The position numbers and the translations under genes were made by a program. The notes beneath the pieces are model-generated. The model saw only the letters and a program-made list of their open reading frames with translations, was not told the DNA's origin and did no database searches. 64,000 nucleotides of DNA from Clostridiales bacterium (GTDB lineage Bacteria > Bacillota > Clostridia > Christensenellales > CAG-917), in NCBI GenBank assembly GCA_022009995.1, contig CP091734.1, positions 18,801-82,800 of the forward strand, given 5' to 3'. Within the stretch, counting starts at the first letter, position 1; each line of letters opens with the position of its first letter. Shown here in pieces: positions 33,165-43,693 of the stretch.

Positions 33165-34345
33165 TCAAAGCTCGTGCATGTGGTCAAGAATGATTTCGGC
33201 AAGGCGGGATTTGGGCATGATGTCGTAGTCGTAAACCTTGCCCGCTTTGGTAATAATCGTGGCGATGTTGGTATCGACGTTAAAGCCCGCGCCCTCTTTC
33301 GTGACGTCGTTGGCAACGACCATATCGGCGTTTCGCGGCAAGTTTTTTCCTTGCGTTTTCGATAAGGTCATCGGTTTCCGCGCTGAAAATAATCAGTTTC
33401 CTGTCGCCTTTGACCGCGCCGACCGCTTTTGCGATATCCGGCGTTTTTTCAAGTTCCAGCGACAATTCTTTTGCCTTGATTTTGTGGATTGAAAAGTTTT
33501 TCACGCGGTAGTCGGCGGGAGCGGCGGCTTTTACGATGAATTCGTTTTCTTCGTAATTGTTCATTACCGCTTCCAGCATATCGCCGGTGGACTTTACCCT
33601 TATCACCTTTTCGAAAATATCGGGGATATCGACGCTCATTCTGCCGGCAATCAGCGTGACGAGTGCGCCGCGTTGTACCGCGGCTTCCGCGATTGCCATA
33701 CCCATTTTGCCGCTACTGTGGTTGGTGATATAGCGCACGCCGTCGATTTTTTCTTCGGTGCTGCCGGCGGTGATAAGCATTCTTACGCCTTCAAAATCCT
33801 GATTCGGCGTGAGAATGTCCTCGATTGCTTTCACGATTGTTTCGGGTTCAGCCATTTTACCTTTGCCGACGTCGCCGCACGCAAGTCGTCCGGAGATAGG
33901 CTCGATAATCTTATAGCCCTGCTTTAAGCCGCGCGATATTTTCCGTCGTATTTTCGTTTTCGTACATATTCGTATTCATCGCGGGACAGATAATTTTGGG
34001 TGCTTTGCACGCCATAATCGTCGTCGTGAGCATATCGTCCGCAATGCCGTTTGCGATTTTTCCGATGGTGTTTGCGGTTGCGGGCGCAACGACGAAAACG
34101 TCGGCGCGTTTCGCAAGAGCGACGTGTTCCACCTCGAAATCGAAATCACGGTCGAACAAATCGGTGATAACGCGATTGCCCGACAGCGTTTCAAACGACA
34201 GCGGTTGTACGAATTCGGTCGAGTGCGGCGTCATGATAACGATGACGGTCGCGCCTTTCTTTTTGAGCGAACTGACTATTTCGCACGCCTTATACGCCGC
34301 GATACAGCCCGTCACTCCCAAAACTACGGTCTTACCCTTTAACAT
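33165..34345 (-). CDS. coaBC: Bifunctional phosphopantothenoylcysteine decarboxylase/synthetase (2 frameshifts)
   Basis: Flavoprotein N-terminus VLGVTGCIAAYKA (33911-34345). CoaB part ITAGSTEEKIDGVRYITNHSSGKMG (33280-33855). Tail in 33165-33371. Confidence 0.92.
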
Positions 34346-34541
34346 TTTGTTCCCTTACGATTTTTTGTTTGCCTTCGTAAATCTCACGGCAGGCAATGGA
34401 AATTGGTTTCTCGCCGGTTGCCTCGACGATGCCGGGCTCCTGTGCGACGATAGTGCGCGCGCGTTTTGCGACGGCGCAGGTCAATGCATATCTGCATTCT
34501 GCCTTTTTGATAAGTTTATCGATGGGGGGATATACCATCAT
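34332..34541 (-). CDS. rpoZ: DNA-directed RNA polymerase subunit omega
   Basis: Intact 69 aa, PPIDKLIKKAECRYALTCAVAKRAR. Synteny gmk-rpoZ-coaBC. Confidence 0.9.
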   Translation of the reverse strand: MMVYPPIDKLIKKAECRYALTCAVAKRARTIVAQEPGIVEATGEKPISIACREIYEGKQKIVREQNVKG

Positions 34542-35152
34542 AACTTGTTACCTCCTTTTATTCTGGATAAAATTTCAATGCTGTTTTTTGTTCTTAAATT
34601 CTCGGCGCGGATAATCGCCAGAATATCGTCCGCCGCCCTTTCGACAAAGTCGTTGACGACGACGTAATCGTACAACGTTGCGTTTTCCATTTCGGACAGC
34701 GCGGCGTCGTGTCTTATCTTAAACGTTTCGGCACTCTCGCTGCCGCGTCCCGAAAGACGACTGCTGAGAACTTCAAGGTCGGGCGCGACAAGGAACATCA
34801 ATACCGCGTCGGGATAATGCGCCCTGACGTTTCTTGCGCCGACGGGATCGATTTCAAGAATGATATTCTTGCCGTTTTCAATCGCCTTTTCGACCTCCGA
34901 TTTCAGCGTGCCGTAATAGTTGCCGTAAGTTTCGGTGTATTCGATGAAAGCGTCGGCTTTTATAAGCGTCTCGAACTCTTCGCGAGATTTGAAGTAATAA
35001 TTGATACCGTCGACCTCACCCGCGCGCGGACTCCTGGACGTTGCCGACACGGAATACACGATTCTGTCGCTTTTCCTCAATACTTCTTGCAACACCGTGC
35101 CTTTGCCCGAGCCCGACGGACCCGACAACACGAAAAACGTGCCTCTTTTCAT
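34538..35152 (-). CDS. gmk: Guanylate kinase
   Basis: Intact 204 aa, P-loop LSGPSGSGKGT, ...SATSRSPRAGEVDGINYYF. Confidence 0.95.
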   Translation of the reverse strand: MKRGTFFVLSGPSGSGKGTVLQEVLRKSDRIVYSVSATSRSPRAGEVDGINYYFKSREEFETLIKADAFIEYTETYGNYYGTLKSEVEKAIENGKNIILEIDPVGARNVRAHYPDAVLMFLVAPDLEVLSSRLSGRGSESAETFKIRHDAALSEMENATLYDYVVVNDFVERAADDILAIIRAENLRTKNSIEILSRIKGGNKL

Positions 35153-35409
35153 TCGTTTTCCTCCTTGCCTTTTGCCCTGTCGGTTATCGTTTCCGGCGTG
35201 AGTGCCGACAAAAACACAAAACCGTTGTCAAGTATTATGACCGTCCTGACCTTGCGCCCCGTCGATACGTCCAGAAGTTTTCGTTCTTCTTTTGCGGCGG
35301 CATAATGCTTTTTTGCCTGCGGATCGCCTGCCGCCAGCACCGCGATAACTCTGTCGAAGTTGACGTAGTTGTCGAAACCTATGCTTATCATGTTTGCGTT
35401 ATTCGACAT
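35149..35409 (-). CDS. remA: RemA/YlzA (DUF370) family regulator
   Basis: 86 aa MSNNANMISIGFDNYVNFDRVIAVL...GRKVRTVIILDNGFVFLSALTPETI. The ORF-track 139-aa version is an upstream extension overlapping yicC. Confidence 0.88.
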   Translation of the reverse strand: MSNNANMISIGFDNYVNFDRVIAVLAAGDPQAKKHYAAAKEERKLLDVSTGRKVRTVIILDNGFVFLSALTPETITDRAKGKEENE

Positions 35410-36274
35410 TTTGCACCTGCTCTCTGATTTTTTCGATTTCGTTTTTAAGGACAATGACGCGTTCCGTAATGCGGATATCGTTGCATTTGCTGCCGATCGT
35501 GTTGGCTTCGCGGTTGAATTCCTGCACCAGAAAGTCCATATTCTTGCCCATCGGCAAGTCGGCGTCAAGCATCTTCCTTAAATGGCCGCAGTGCGAGTTG
35601 AGCCTTGTGATTTCTTCGTCGATCGACACCTTGTCCGAATAAAAAGCGACTTCGTTCAGAAGCCTTGCTTCGTCGATTTGCACGCCGTTCAACGCTTCCG
35701 TGATTCTTTCTTTCAGTTTCTCGCGGTACGCGACGACCGTTTCGGGGGCAATCGACCTGATCTCGCCCACGGTGCTTTCGATGACGGACACCTTTTTCAG
35801 AATATCGTTTCTGAGTTTTTCGCCCTCGAACGCGCGCATCTTTTTCATTTGTTCGGACGCGCCAGACGCTGCCGACACGATAAGCGATTTCAACGCGTCT
35901 TCGTCTTCTTCGACGGTCTTCGTTTCGATTACGTCGGCGGTACGCATAAGCGCGGTAACCGTAAAGTCGTCCTGAACGCCGTACTTGTCGCAAAGAACGT
36001 CTTTGATTTTAAGATATTCCTTTGCGACTTCTTCGTTCACCGAAAGTTCGACGCCGTCGTTTTTCGTGTTTTCGTACGTAACGTATACGTCGAAGTGTCC
36101 GCGCTTGAAATTGTCGATAATAACGCGCCTTACCGCGTCTTCCGCAAACGACAAAACTTTGGGAAGTTTCACCGTGACGTCCAAAAACCTATGGTTGACG
36201 CTTTTCATCTCAACGGTGATTTTCCTTCCGTCGGACTCCGCCACGGACTTGCCGTAGCCGGTCATACTGTTCAT
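35399..36274 (-). CDS. yicC: YicC/YloC family endoribonuclease
   Basis: 291 aa from MNSMTGYGKS.. with AAGGAG RBS. SVNHRFLD and EFNREANTIGSK motifs. Appears fused to the upstream gene in the ORF track only because of a frameshift there. Confidence 0.9.
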   Translation of the reverse strand: MNSMTGYGKSVAESDGRKITVEMKSVNHRFLDVTVKLPKVLSFAEDAVRRVIIDNFKRGHFDVYVTYENTKNDGVELSVNEEVAKEYLKIKDVLCDKYGVQDDFTVTALMRTADVIETKTVEEDEDALKSLIVSAASGASEQMKKMRAFEGEKLRNDILKKVSVIESTVGEIRSIAPETVVAYREKLKERITEALNGVQIDEARLLNEVAFYSDKVSIDEEITRLNSHCGHLRKMLDADLPMGKNMDFLVQEFNREANTIGSKCNDIRITERVIVLKNEIEKIREQVQNVE

Positions 36275-36306
36275 TTTGCACTCCTTTTCCGCATTTTGCG
36301 GGGATT

Positions 36307-37279
36307 TTATTTTATCAGGAGCAATTCGTCGGGGGCGGATTTCAGTCTTTCGGACTTGCCCACGCCGATTGCCGTAACCTCTTTTTTTACTGCGCATCGT
36401 GCCGATTACCGTCGCGTCCACGCCGTTATTTCTCAGCGCCTTCACAACTTTTTCGGGATCGGGTGTAACGATTAAAATGCTGCCGCTGCCGATAAGGCGC
36501 ATCGGCGACACGTCCAGGATTTTGCATATTTTTGCCGTAAGATGCGTCACGGGAATCTGGTCGGCGTAAATCATCGCGCCCAGCCCCGACGCTTCCGCAA
36601 GTTCGGTAACCGCGCCGAAAACGCCGCCTTCCGTAACGTCGTGCATGCAACTGACGTTATGCTTCCAGACGATTTTCGCGTCATCGACCACCGACACTTT
36701 TGCGATATATTCGCGCGCTTCGACAAGTTCTTCCGTCGTGAGTCCGTTTTTCAGAAGTTTGTCGGCGTGATCGTTTGCCATTATCGCCGTCGCTTCGATT
36801 GCGGCGGATTTCGTCATGACGATGCTGTCGCCCGCTTTTGCGCCCGAGGATTTGACAATCCTTCTTGTCGTGCCGAGCATCGTGCAGGAAACGACCATAC
36901 GATTGACCGCTTCCGAAAACTCCGTATGTCCGCCGACAATATCGACGCCGAGAGCCTCCGCCGTTTCGTGCGCTTCCTTCATAAATTTTCCGACGTCTTC
37001 GGCAGATGCAGTCGTCGGCGCGATTATCGTCAGAAGGCAACACAAAGGCGTGCCGCCCGACACCGCGACGTCGTTTGCCGACACCGTTATCGCAAGACGA
37101 CCGGCATTGTTGCCCGTCGCCGTGATGGGATCTGTCGTAAGAAGTAAAATTTTGGGGGTTCTGAGTGCCGCGCAATCTTCCGCAAGCCCCGCCGATTGCA
37201 GGATTTCCGGATTTTTCGCCACGGTTTTGTCGAATACGTATTTTTGAAGTTCCTGCGAAGTAAGTTTTCCTATTCTCAT
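36307..37279 (-). CDS. AIR synthase-related (PurM/HypE/ThiL-fold) protein of unknown role (1 frameshift at T7 run 36382-36388)
   Basis: MRIGKLTSQELQKYVF..AEDCAAL..DIVGGHTEF.. The corrected tail is ..RSKKEVTAIGVGKSERLKSAPDELLLIK with TAA at 36307-36309. Confidence 0.8.
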
Positions 37280-37420
37280 AACAAAGCCCTCTCTTTTTAC
37301 GAATTATTAATATTTTAGCACAAGCGCGCTTTATTTACAATAAAATAAGTTATCTTTTGTTATAAAATTTACGTGAATTGCAAAGGTTTTTTTAAAAAAA
37401 CGCGACGATTTTCGCTTTGG

Positions 37421-37451
37421 AAAAAGAAAAAAACGCCGTTGTTTCGGCGTT
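37421..37451 (-). terminator. ligA intrinsic terminator
   Basis: Stem AACGCCG/CGGCGTT, followed by a long T-run on the minus strand. Confidence 0.7.
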
Positions 37452-37479
37452 TTCATAAATATGTCAATATTTTTTTCGA

Positions 37480-39423
37480 TTATTCTTCAAGCATCCTTTC
37501 AAATTCGCTCTCGTCGATGATTTTCACGCCGAGTTTTTTCGCTTTTTCGAGCTTACTGCCGGCTTCTTCTCCCGCGATAACCAGATTGACCGCTTTCGAC
37601 ACCGACGACGACACTTCGCCGCCACGCTCCACAATAAGTCTTTCCGCCTCGCTTCGCTTATACTTTTGTAAACTTCCGGTAAGCACGGCGTTGATACCCT
37701 TGAAATTTCCGTCGTTCGTTTCGCGCGCGGACACTTTCACGCCAAGGCTTAAAAGAGCGTCTATTTCTCCAAGATTTTTCTTGTCGTCGAAGTACGCGCG
37801 GACGCCTTCCGCCATAATATCGCCAAAATCGTCGATGGCTTTCAAGTCGTCAATCCCGGCGTTTATCACGTTATTCAGCGTCTTAAACCTTTGTTCCAGC
37901 TGTTTCGCCGCTTTCTTCCCGATATTCTTCACTCCAAGCGCGTACAAGAAATCCGACAGCGCGACGTCCTTGCTTTTTTCAATCGCGTTTATGAGATTCT
38001 GCGCTTTCAGTTCCCCGAATCCGTCAAGCGTCATAAGGTCTTCTTTTTTGAGTTTATATAAATCCGAAAACTCCCTTACGTTCAGTTCGTTCAACAAAAG
38101 TTCTGCCGTTTTTTCGGAAAATCCGTCAATGTCCATCGCTCCTTTTTCTGCAAAATGCGTGAGCCTTTGCACGATTTGCGGGGCGCAGTTTTCGGTGTTC
38201 GTGCAGTACAAAAACACTCCCCTTTCCTCAACGGGCGCGCCGCAGTACGGACACACCGTCGGCTTTTCGATGTCGCGGCTTTCGCTCGTATGTTCGGCAA
38301 TCCCCAGAATTTCGGGAATGACGTCGTTACTGCGACGAATGAACACGCGGCTTCCGATTTTCAAGCCTTTCTTTTCATAGTCGGCAAAGTTGTTGAGCGT
38401 CGCCCTTTTCACGGTAACGCCCGCAAGTTCGACGGGATCGAGTATCGCAAGCGGACACAGTTTTCCCGTGCGGGACACCTGCCATACGACGTCCCTTAAA
38501 ACGGTTGTGGCTTCGTCCGCCTTGAATTTATATGCGATTGCCCACCTTGGGAATTTTTCGGTTTCTCCGAGAGCGTCGCGCTGATTTAAGTCGTTGACCT
38601 TGAAAACGATTCCGTCAATTAAAAAATCGAGCGCCGGGCGGATTCTCGACAACTCTTCGATCGCGTCACCGACGTCGTTTTCGTTTTTGCAGATTTTGAA
38701 ATAATCGCCGACCTCGAAACCTTGTTTTATCAAAAAGTCCTGCATGTCTTTCTGCGTTCTGAAATCGCCGCCGTAAACGTTGTAGCACATGACGTCCAAC
38801 CGTCTTTCGGCAGTAACTTTCGGGTTAAGATTCCTTATTGCGCCGGCTGCGCCGTTTCGGGCGTTTTTCAAAGGCTCGTCGTGCGTTTTGTTGTACTTTT
38901 CAAGCACGGAAAGGCGCATTATTCCTTCGCCCTGAATTTCGACGTGATTTTTATATTCGATAGTTAAAGGTACGTTTTTGATGGTTTTAACCTGCAAAGT
39001 TACGTCTTCGCCGACAAGTCCGTTGCCGCGCGTCGCCGCCGACACGAGCACTCCGTCCTCGTACGTCAGGTTTATCGTAAGCCCGTCGAATTTGTATTCC
39101 GCAGTGAGTTCGAACGGGGCGTTCAACGATTTTTCGGTGCGCGCGTACCAGCCCTGAAACTCCTCAAAACTCTGGCACTTGTCAAGGCTAAAAAGTTTGT
39201 GGGTGTGTTTGTATTCCTTAAACTCTTTCAATACGGCGTCGCCGACTCTGTGCGTGGGGCTGTCGGGCAAAACGAATCCCGTTTCCTTTTCAAGCGCGAC
39301 GAGCCTGTCGTACAGCCTGTCGTATTCGCCGTCCGAGATGACGGGACTGTCGAACTTATAATACCTTTCCGCGTGATAGTTGAGTTCTTTCACGAGATTT
39401 TGCATTTCTTCGAGAACGCTCAT
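37480..39423 (-). CDS. ligA: NAD-dependent DNA ligase
   Basis: Intact 647 aa. Adenylation site EYKFDGLTINL. Zn finger CPYCGAPVEERGVFLYCTNTENC. C-terminal BRCT. Confidence 0.96.
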   Translation of the reverse strand: MSVLEEMQNLVKELNYHAERYYKFDSPVISDGEYDRLYDRLVALEKETGFVLPDSPTHRVGDAVLKEFKEYKHTHKLFSLDKCQSFEEFQGWYARTEKSLNAPFELTAEYKFDGLTINLTYEDGVLVSAATRGNGLVGEDVTLQVKTIKNVPLTIEYKNHVEIQGEGIMRLSVLEKYNKTHDEPLKNARNGAAGAIRNLNPKVTAERRLDVMCYNVYGGDFRTQKDMQDFLIKQGFEVGDYFKICKNENDVGDAIEELSRIRPALDFLIDGIVFKVNDLNQRDALGETEKFPRWAIAYKFKADEATTVLRDVVWQVSRTGKLCPLAILDPVELAGVTVKRATLNNFADYEKKGLKIGSRVFIRRSNDVIPEILGIAEHTSESRDIEKPTVCPYCGAPVEERGVFLYCTNTENCAPQIVQRLTHFAEKGAMDIDGFSEKTAELLLNELNVREFSDLYKLKKEDLMTLDGFGELKAQNLINAIEKSKDVALSDFLYALGVKNIGKKAAKQLEQRFKTLNNVINAGIDDLKAIDDFGDIMAEGVRAYFDDKKNLGEIDALLSLGVKVSARETNDGNFKGINAVLTGSLQKYKRSEAERLIVERGGEVSSSVSKAVNLVIAGEEAGSKLEKAKKLGVKIIDESEFERMLEE

Positions 39424-41620
39424 AACAACCTCATATTCTTTGCGGCAAGCGCAACGACGAATTTCTTTATTCCCAGATTTTCAAATTCTATACCGGCGAT
39501 GGTTTCGTTTCCGCTGCCCGACACCGACACGATTACGCCCGTGCCGAACTTGCTGTGTTCCACCTTGCGACCGACCGTGTACTCCGAAACGTCCACGGCG
39601 TTTGCCGCGGGACTTGCGGGTTTTGCGGCAGCCGCGCCCGTGTATGCGGGTTTGAACGTTGATTTGCTCGGACTGCGGCGTTTGCGGCGTTTTTGCGGGA
39701 ACGTTTCCGATAAGTTCCTGCACGAAACGACTGCGCAGATTGTTCTGTCGCTGGTTGAATCTGAACCTGCACCTTGACGACGACACGTACAACCGTTCCT
39801 TCGCGCGGGTTATCGCGACGTACATAAGACGGCGTTCTTCTTCGATATTATCGTCGCTTTCGATGACGGCGTGCGACGACGGGAAAATGTTTTCTTCCAG
39901 CGCAACGATAAACACGACGGGGAATTCAAGCCCTTTTACGGCGTGTATCGTCGCAAGCGTAACGCTGTTGCTGTCGTCGATTTCGTCGGCGTCCGAGATA
40001 AGCGCGACCATTCTCAAAAAGTCTTCAATGGTTTTCCCGGGGTTGTCCTTTCTGAAAAGGTTGACGGCGGACACGAATTCTTTCAGGTTTTCCACCCTGT
40101 CGGGTTCCGCCTCGTCCGCCTTATACATATCGAAAAGCCCCGACGCTTTCAGAACGTATTCCGAAAAAGCGACGGCGTCCGATTTCCCCGCGGCGTCGAT
40201 AAGACCAAGCCACAGATTTCTGAATCCGGCGATTTTTTGTTTGGTGCCGGCGTTGAGCCCGTCGACGTTTTCGATATTTTTCACGACGTCGAAAAGATGT
40301 GTGCCGTTTGCGCCCGCGCACTCGATAAGTTTTTGCACCGTCGTGTCGCCGATGCCGCGACGGGGTACGTTGATTATCCTTGCCGCGCTTTCGTTGTCAA
40401 ACGGGTTTATCGCAATGCGAAGATAACACAAAAGTTCCTTGATTTCTTTCCTTTCGTAAAACCTTATGCCGCCGTAAACGCGGTATGGCATATTGTAAAG
40501 CGTCAAGGCTTCTTCAAATTGACGGGAGAGCGAGTTCGCGCGCATTAAAATGGCGATGTCGCCGTAGTTGTATCCCGCAAGCGTAACAAGGTCGTTTATG
40601 TTGCGCATGACGTAGTCGACTTCTTCGCGGTCGTTGTAGGCATTGAACACTTCAACGCGTTTACCGCCTTCTTTCGTCGTTTTAAGTACCTTATCGAAAC
40701 GTTTCTTATTGTTTGCGATAACGCGGTTGGCGGCGTTCAAGATGTGCGCCGTACTGCGGTAATTCTGTTCAAGTTTATAAACTTTGGCGTCGGGGAAATC
40801 CTTTTTGAAATCAAGGATATTGCTGATTTCCGCACCGCGCCAGCCGTAAATACTCTGGTCCTCGTCGCCGACGACGAATATGTTGCCGTAGCCTTTCGCA
40901 AGTTGTCGGACAAGGCGATATTGAATTTTGTTGGTGTCCTGAAACTCGTCGACGTGGATATATCTGAAACGGCGTTGATAGCGTTCCAGAACGTCGGGAT
41001 TTTCATCGAAAAGTTTCACCGTGTTGATAAGCAAATCGTCAAAATCCATTGCGTTGTTGTTTTTGAGTTCCGCCTGATAAAGGTCAAAAAGGCGCAAGGT
41101 TTCTTTTTTTATTTTGCTTTCCCCTATGCACGCTTCTGCGTACTCCTTTGGATCGCGATTAAAACTTTTTATGCGTTTTATATGACCGTAATAGGTGTCG
41201 AAAAGTTTTGCGTTTTTCTCGTTATCGGCGTCCGACGGCGACTTCATAATGCGCTTTAATACGCGCGCGCATTCCGCCTCGGCATAGATACTGAAATTCT
41301 TGCCATAGCCGATTCTTTCGCATTCTCTGAACAGTATCTGGGCGCACATGCTGTGGAAGGTGCTTATCCATACTTCGCAACTTTCGCCCAGCATATTCGC
41401 GACGCGTTGTTTCATTTCGCCCGCGGCTTTGTTCGTGAAAGTAATTGCAAGTATGTTGTAAGGATCGACGTTCATATTTGACAAGGTAAGCGACGCGCGT
41501 CGTAAGTACGCGCGTTTTTCCGCTGCCCGCTCCCGCAAGCACCAAAAGCGCGCCTTCCGTATCGACAACGGCACGCCTTTGTTCTTCGTTCAGATTTTCA
41601 AGAATGGATAAATCGGTCAT
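39420..41620 (-). CDS. pcrA: ATP-dependent DNA helicase PcrA (2 frameshifts)
   Basis: [36 protein letters not shown]. The corrected C-terminus ..[31 protein letters not shown].. ends in a TGA overlapping the ligA ATG. ~733 aa. Confidence 0.92.
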
Positions 41621-41779
41621 AGGAACGATTATATCATAATTCCCGTCTTAAAACAAATGTTTTAAGGTATGCCGACAGATAATAATACAAACGTTGCCAA
41701 AACGTCGAATTATCCGCTTTCAAAACAAAAACGCCGTCGCTTTCGCGGCGGACGTCTTCTTCCATTTCCCCAATAATTC

Positions 41780-42112
41780 TTATCCGTAAACTTTCTTATC
41801 GGCATTCATTTCACGATAAAGTTGTTTCACACATTTATAGGCTTCCGCAAGACGGAATATGTAACGCTGTCGCTCGACCGACGTCATCTTTTCAAATCTG
41901 TCCTGATCGATAAGGCACGTTATGGGATTTCTGTCGTTGCCGCTTTCGATAATCGAACACATTTTGCAAAGCGTATCGTTGTTTCCGACAAGTTTAAGAA
42001 GAACGTCGTACTTTCTCAAAGGAATAACGCCGACAAACGTCGGAAAATTGCCGTTTTTAAGCATTCTCGATTTTGCCTCGCGTGCGTACTGCCTGAATGT
42101 TGAATTTGCCAT
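41780..42112 (-). CDS. Hypothetical protein, 110 aa
   Basis: MANSTFRQYAREAKSRML... preceded by GGAGGA RBS. The ORF-track 188-aa version extends through AT-rich upstream DNA. I recognise no family. Confidence 0.6.
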   Translation of the reverse strand: MANSTFRQYAREAKSRMLKNGNFPTFVGVIPLRKYDVLLKLVGNNDTLCKMCSIIESGNDRNPITCLIDQDRFEKMTSVERQRYIFRLAEAYKCVKQLYREMNADKKVYG

Positions 42113-42431
42113 AAATCTAATTTCCTCCAAAATCATAATATGTTTATATTTTACTACTTTGTACGAAAAAGTGAAAACGAAATAAATCAATTTATTGACA
42201 AATATTTTGACATACGGCGTGTTATTTAATAATTTTTGGCATATGTGCAAAAATGCGGATTTTAACGTTTTTTTCACACTTTTTTTATATACAAAAAGTA
42301 AATAAACGTCAAAAAAATTATCGAAAACGACGCGTAATTTTCGCACAATTCTTCTTTTTTTAAGAAAATCATTGCGTTTATACCGCTTCCGTTAAGTTTG
42401 TTTCGGGTTTTGTCGAATTTGAAAAATCCAT

Positions 42432-42457
42432 AAAAAAAACGCCGACTTTCGTCGGCG
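42432..42457 (-). terminator. Intrinsic terminator after the HAD hydrolase gene
   Basis: Stem CGCCGAC/GTCGGCG with loop TTTC. T8 run on the minus strand. Confidence 0.75.
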
Positions 42458-42471
42458 CGGAAGCCTAAATA

Positions 42472-43317
42472 TCAGTAGTTTTCTTTCGATTTGTCGTATT
42501 GCGAAAGGCTCAGTTCCATAAGGTCGTTTTCGGCGGCAAGCATATCGACAATGCGTTTTACGATGCGCATAAGTTCGGAATCTTTTGTATAATCGGCTTT
42601 CGCCATAAAGTTGATGCGCCCCGCTTTCATCATTTTGCGCGCGTTTTCCTGCTCGTCTGCGTAAACGCCGATGCTGTGCCCGCCGTTGAGCTTTGTTACC
42701 TTCATACTCGGGACGTCGGTCAACCCGTCGCCGATATAAATCATATTGCAAAACGGAATGCGACGGTTTCTTTCTTCCATCGAATCGTTCAGGTTTTTGT
42801 CGTCCGACACGTCGAAAATGCCCTTGTTTATGCGGTACAAAAACTGGATTTTACTTGTATAATTCAGCGCGACCGCAGGCCAGTACGGCACGCCGTATTC
42901 GTCGTAAACGAACTCGCTTGCGAAAATTTCACAGAAATTCTTTGCGATTTCCGTGCCCTCGATGATTTTTTTCAGACCGCTGCTGATGATGTAATGCTCG
43001 ATAACGACGCCTTTGCTCTTGCCGTATTCGTTGACGGCGTCGAACCACTCCGTCACGCCGGGATAGTAATTGACGTCTTTGCCGAGTTCTTTCAGGGTGT
43101 CCGCGGTCAGCACCGACTTTCCCCTTGCCCGCTCGATCATAAAATACATCATTGCAAGGATACCGTCCATTTTCTTTTCGTGCGCCATGTTGTTGCAATC
43201 GCGCCAAAAGTCTTCGGGCGTCATACCAAGGCTCGGAATAAAGCCGTAGTCCTGCATATCCTTGTCCGTGAGCGTTTTGTCAAAATCGTAAATCAATGCG
43301 ACAATATTTCTTTTCAT
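42472..43317 (-). CDS. HAD-superfamily hydrolase
   Basis: Intact 281 aa. Motif I IYDFDKTLT and motif IV IYIGDGLTDVP. Confidence 0.85.
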   Translation of the reverse strand: MKRNIVALIYDFDKTLTDKDMQDYGFIPSLGMTPEDFWRDCNNMAHEKKMDGILAMMYFMIERARGKSVLTADTLKELGKDVNYYPGVTEWFDAVNEYGKSKGVVIEHYIISSGLKKIIEGTEIAKNFCEIFASEFVYDEYGVPYWPAVALNYTSKIQFLYRINKGIFDVSDDKNLNDSMEERNRRIPFCNMIYIGDGLTDVPSMKVTKLNGGHSIGVYADEQENARKMMKAGRINFMAKADYTKDSELMRIVKRIVDMLAAENDLMELSLSQYDKSKENY

Positions 43318-43370
43318 ACCTTATATTATACCACGCGCGAAAAAGATATTCAAGGGATTTTTTGTGCAAT

Positions 43371-43398
43371 AAAAAACCCCGAAATACCGGGGTATTTT
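43371..43398. terminator. Hairpin terminator downstream of the OadG-like gene
   Basis: ACCCCG-AAATAC-CGGGGT with A/T runs on both sides. Confidence 0.65.
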
Positions 43399-43414
43399 AT
43401 TTGATAAAGACTTT

Positions 43415-43681
43415 TTATTCGGGCTTATTCTCGTCGATGGTTTGGATCCTCTTTTCGGCGCGCGCCCCTTTTTTCGCCTCGTATTTTTCTTTCAGCTTGT
43501 CTTTAAGGGGTTTGTAGCCTTCCTTTTCCTTGTTTTTCGCAATTCTTTTTTCGATATACTGCATAAGTTTGACAAGGATAATAAGGATTGCGATCACGAT
43601 AAACACCGCAAGCACGCCGTATCCCATAATTTCCAGGGATTTCATTACGTTTTCTTTGACTGCCGATACTGCGTATAACAT
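43415..43681 (-). CDS. OadG-like small single-pass membrane protein
   Basis: 88 aa. MKSLEIMGYGVLAVFIVIAILIILVKLMQYI followed by a Lys/Glu-rich tail. Directly downstream of the decarboxylase beta subunit. The start codon is uncertain (M1 or M13). Confidence 0.55.
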   Translation of the reverse strand: MLYAVSAVKENVMKSLEIMGYGVLAVFIVIAILIILVKLMQYIEKRIAKNKEKEGYKPLKDKLKEKYEAKKGARAEKRIQTIDENKPE

Positions 43682-43693
43682 AGTTTCGCCTCC

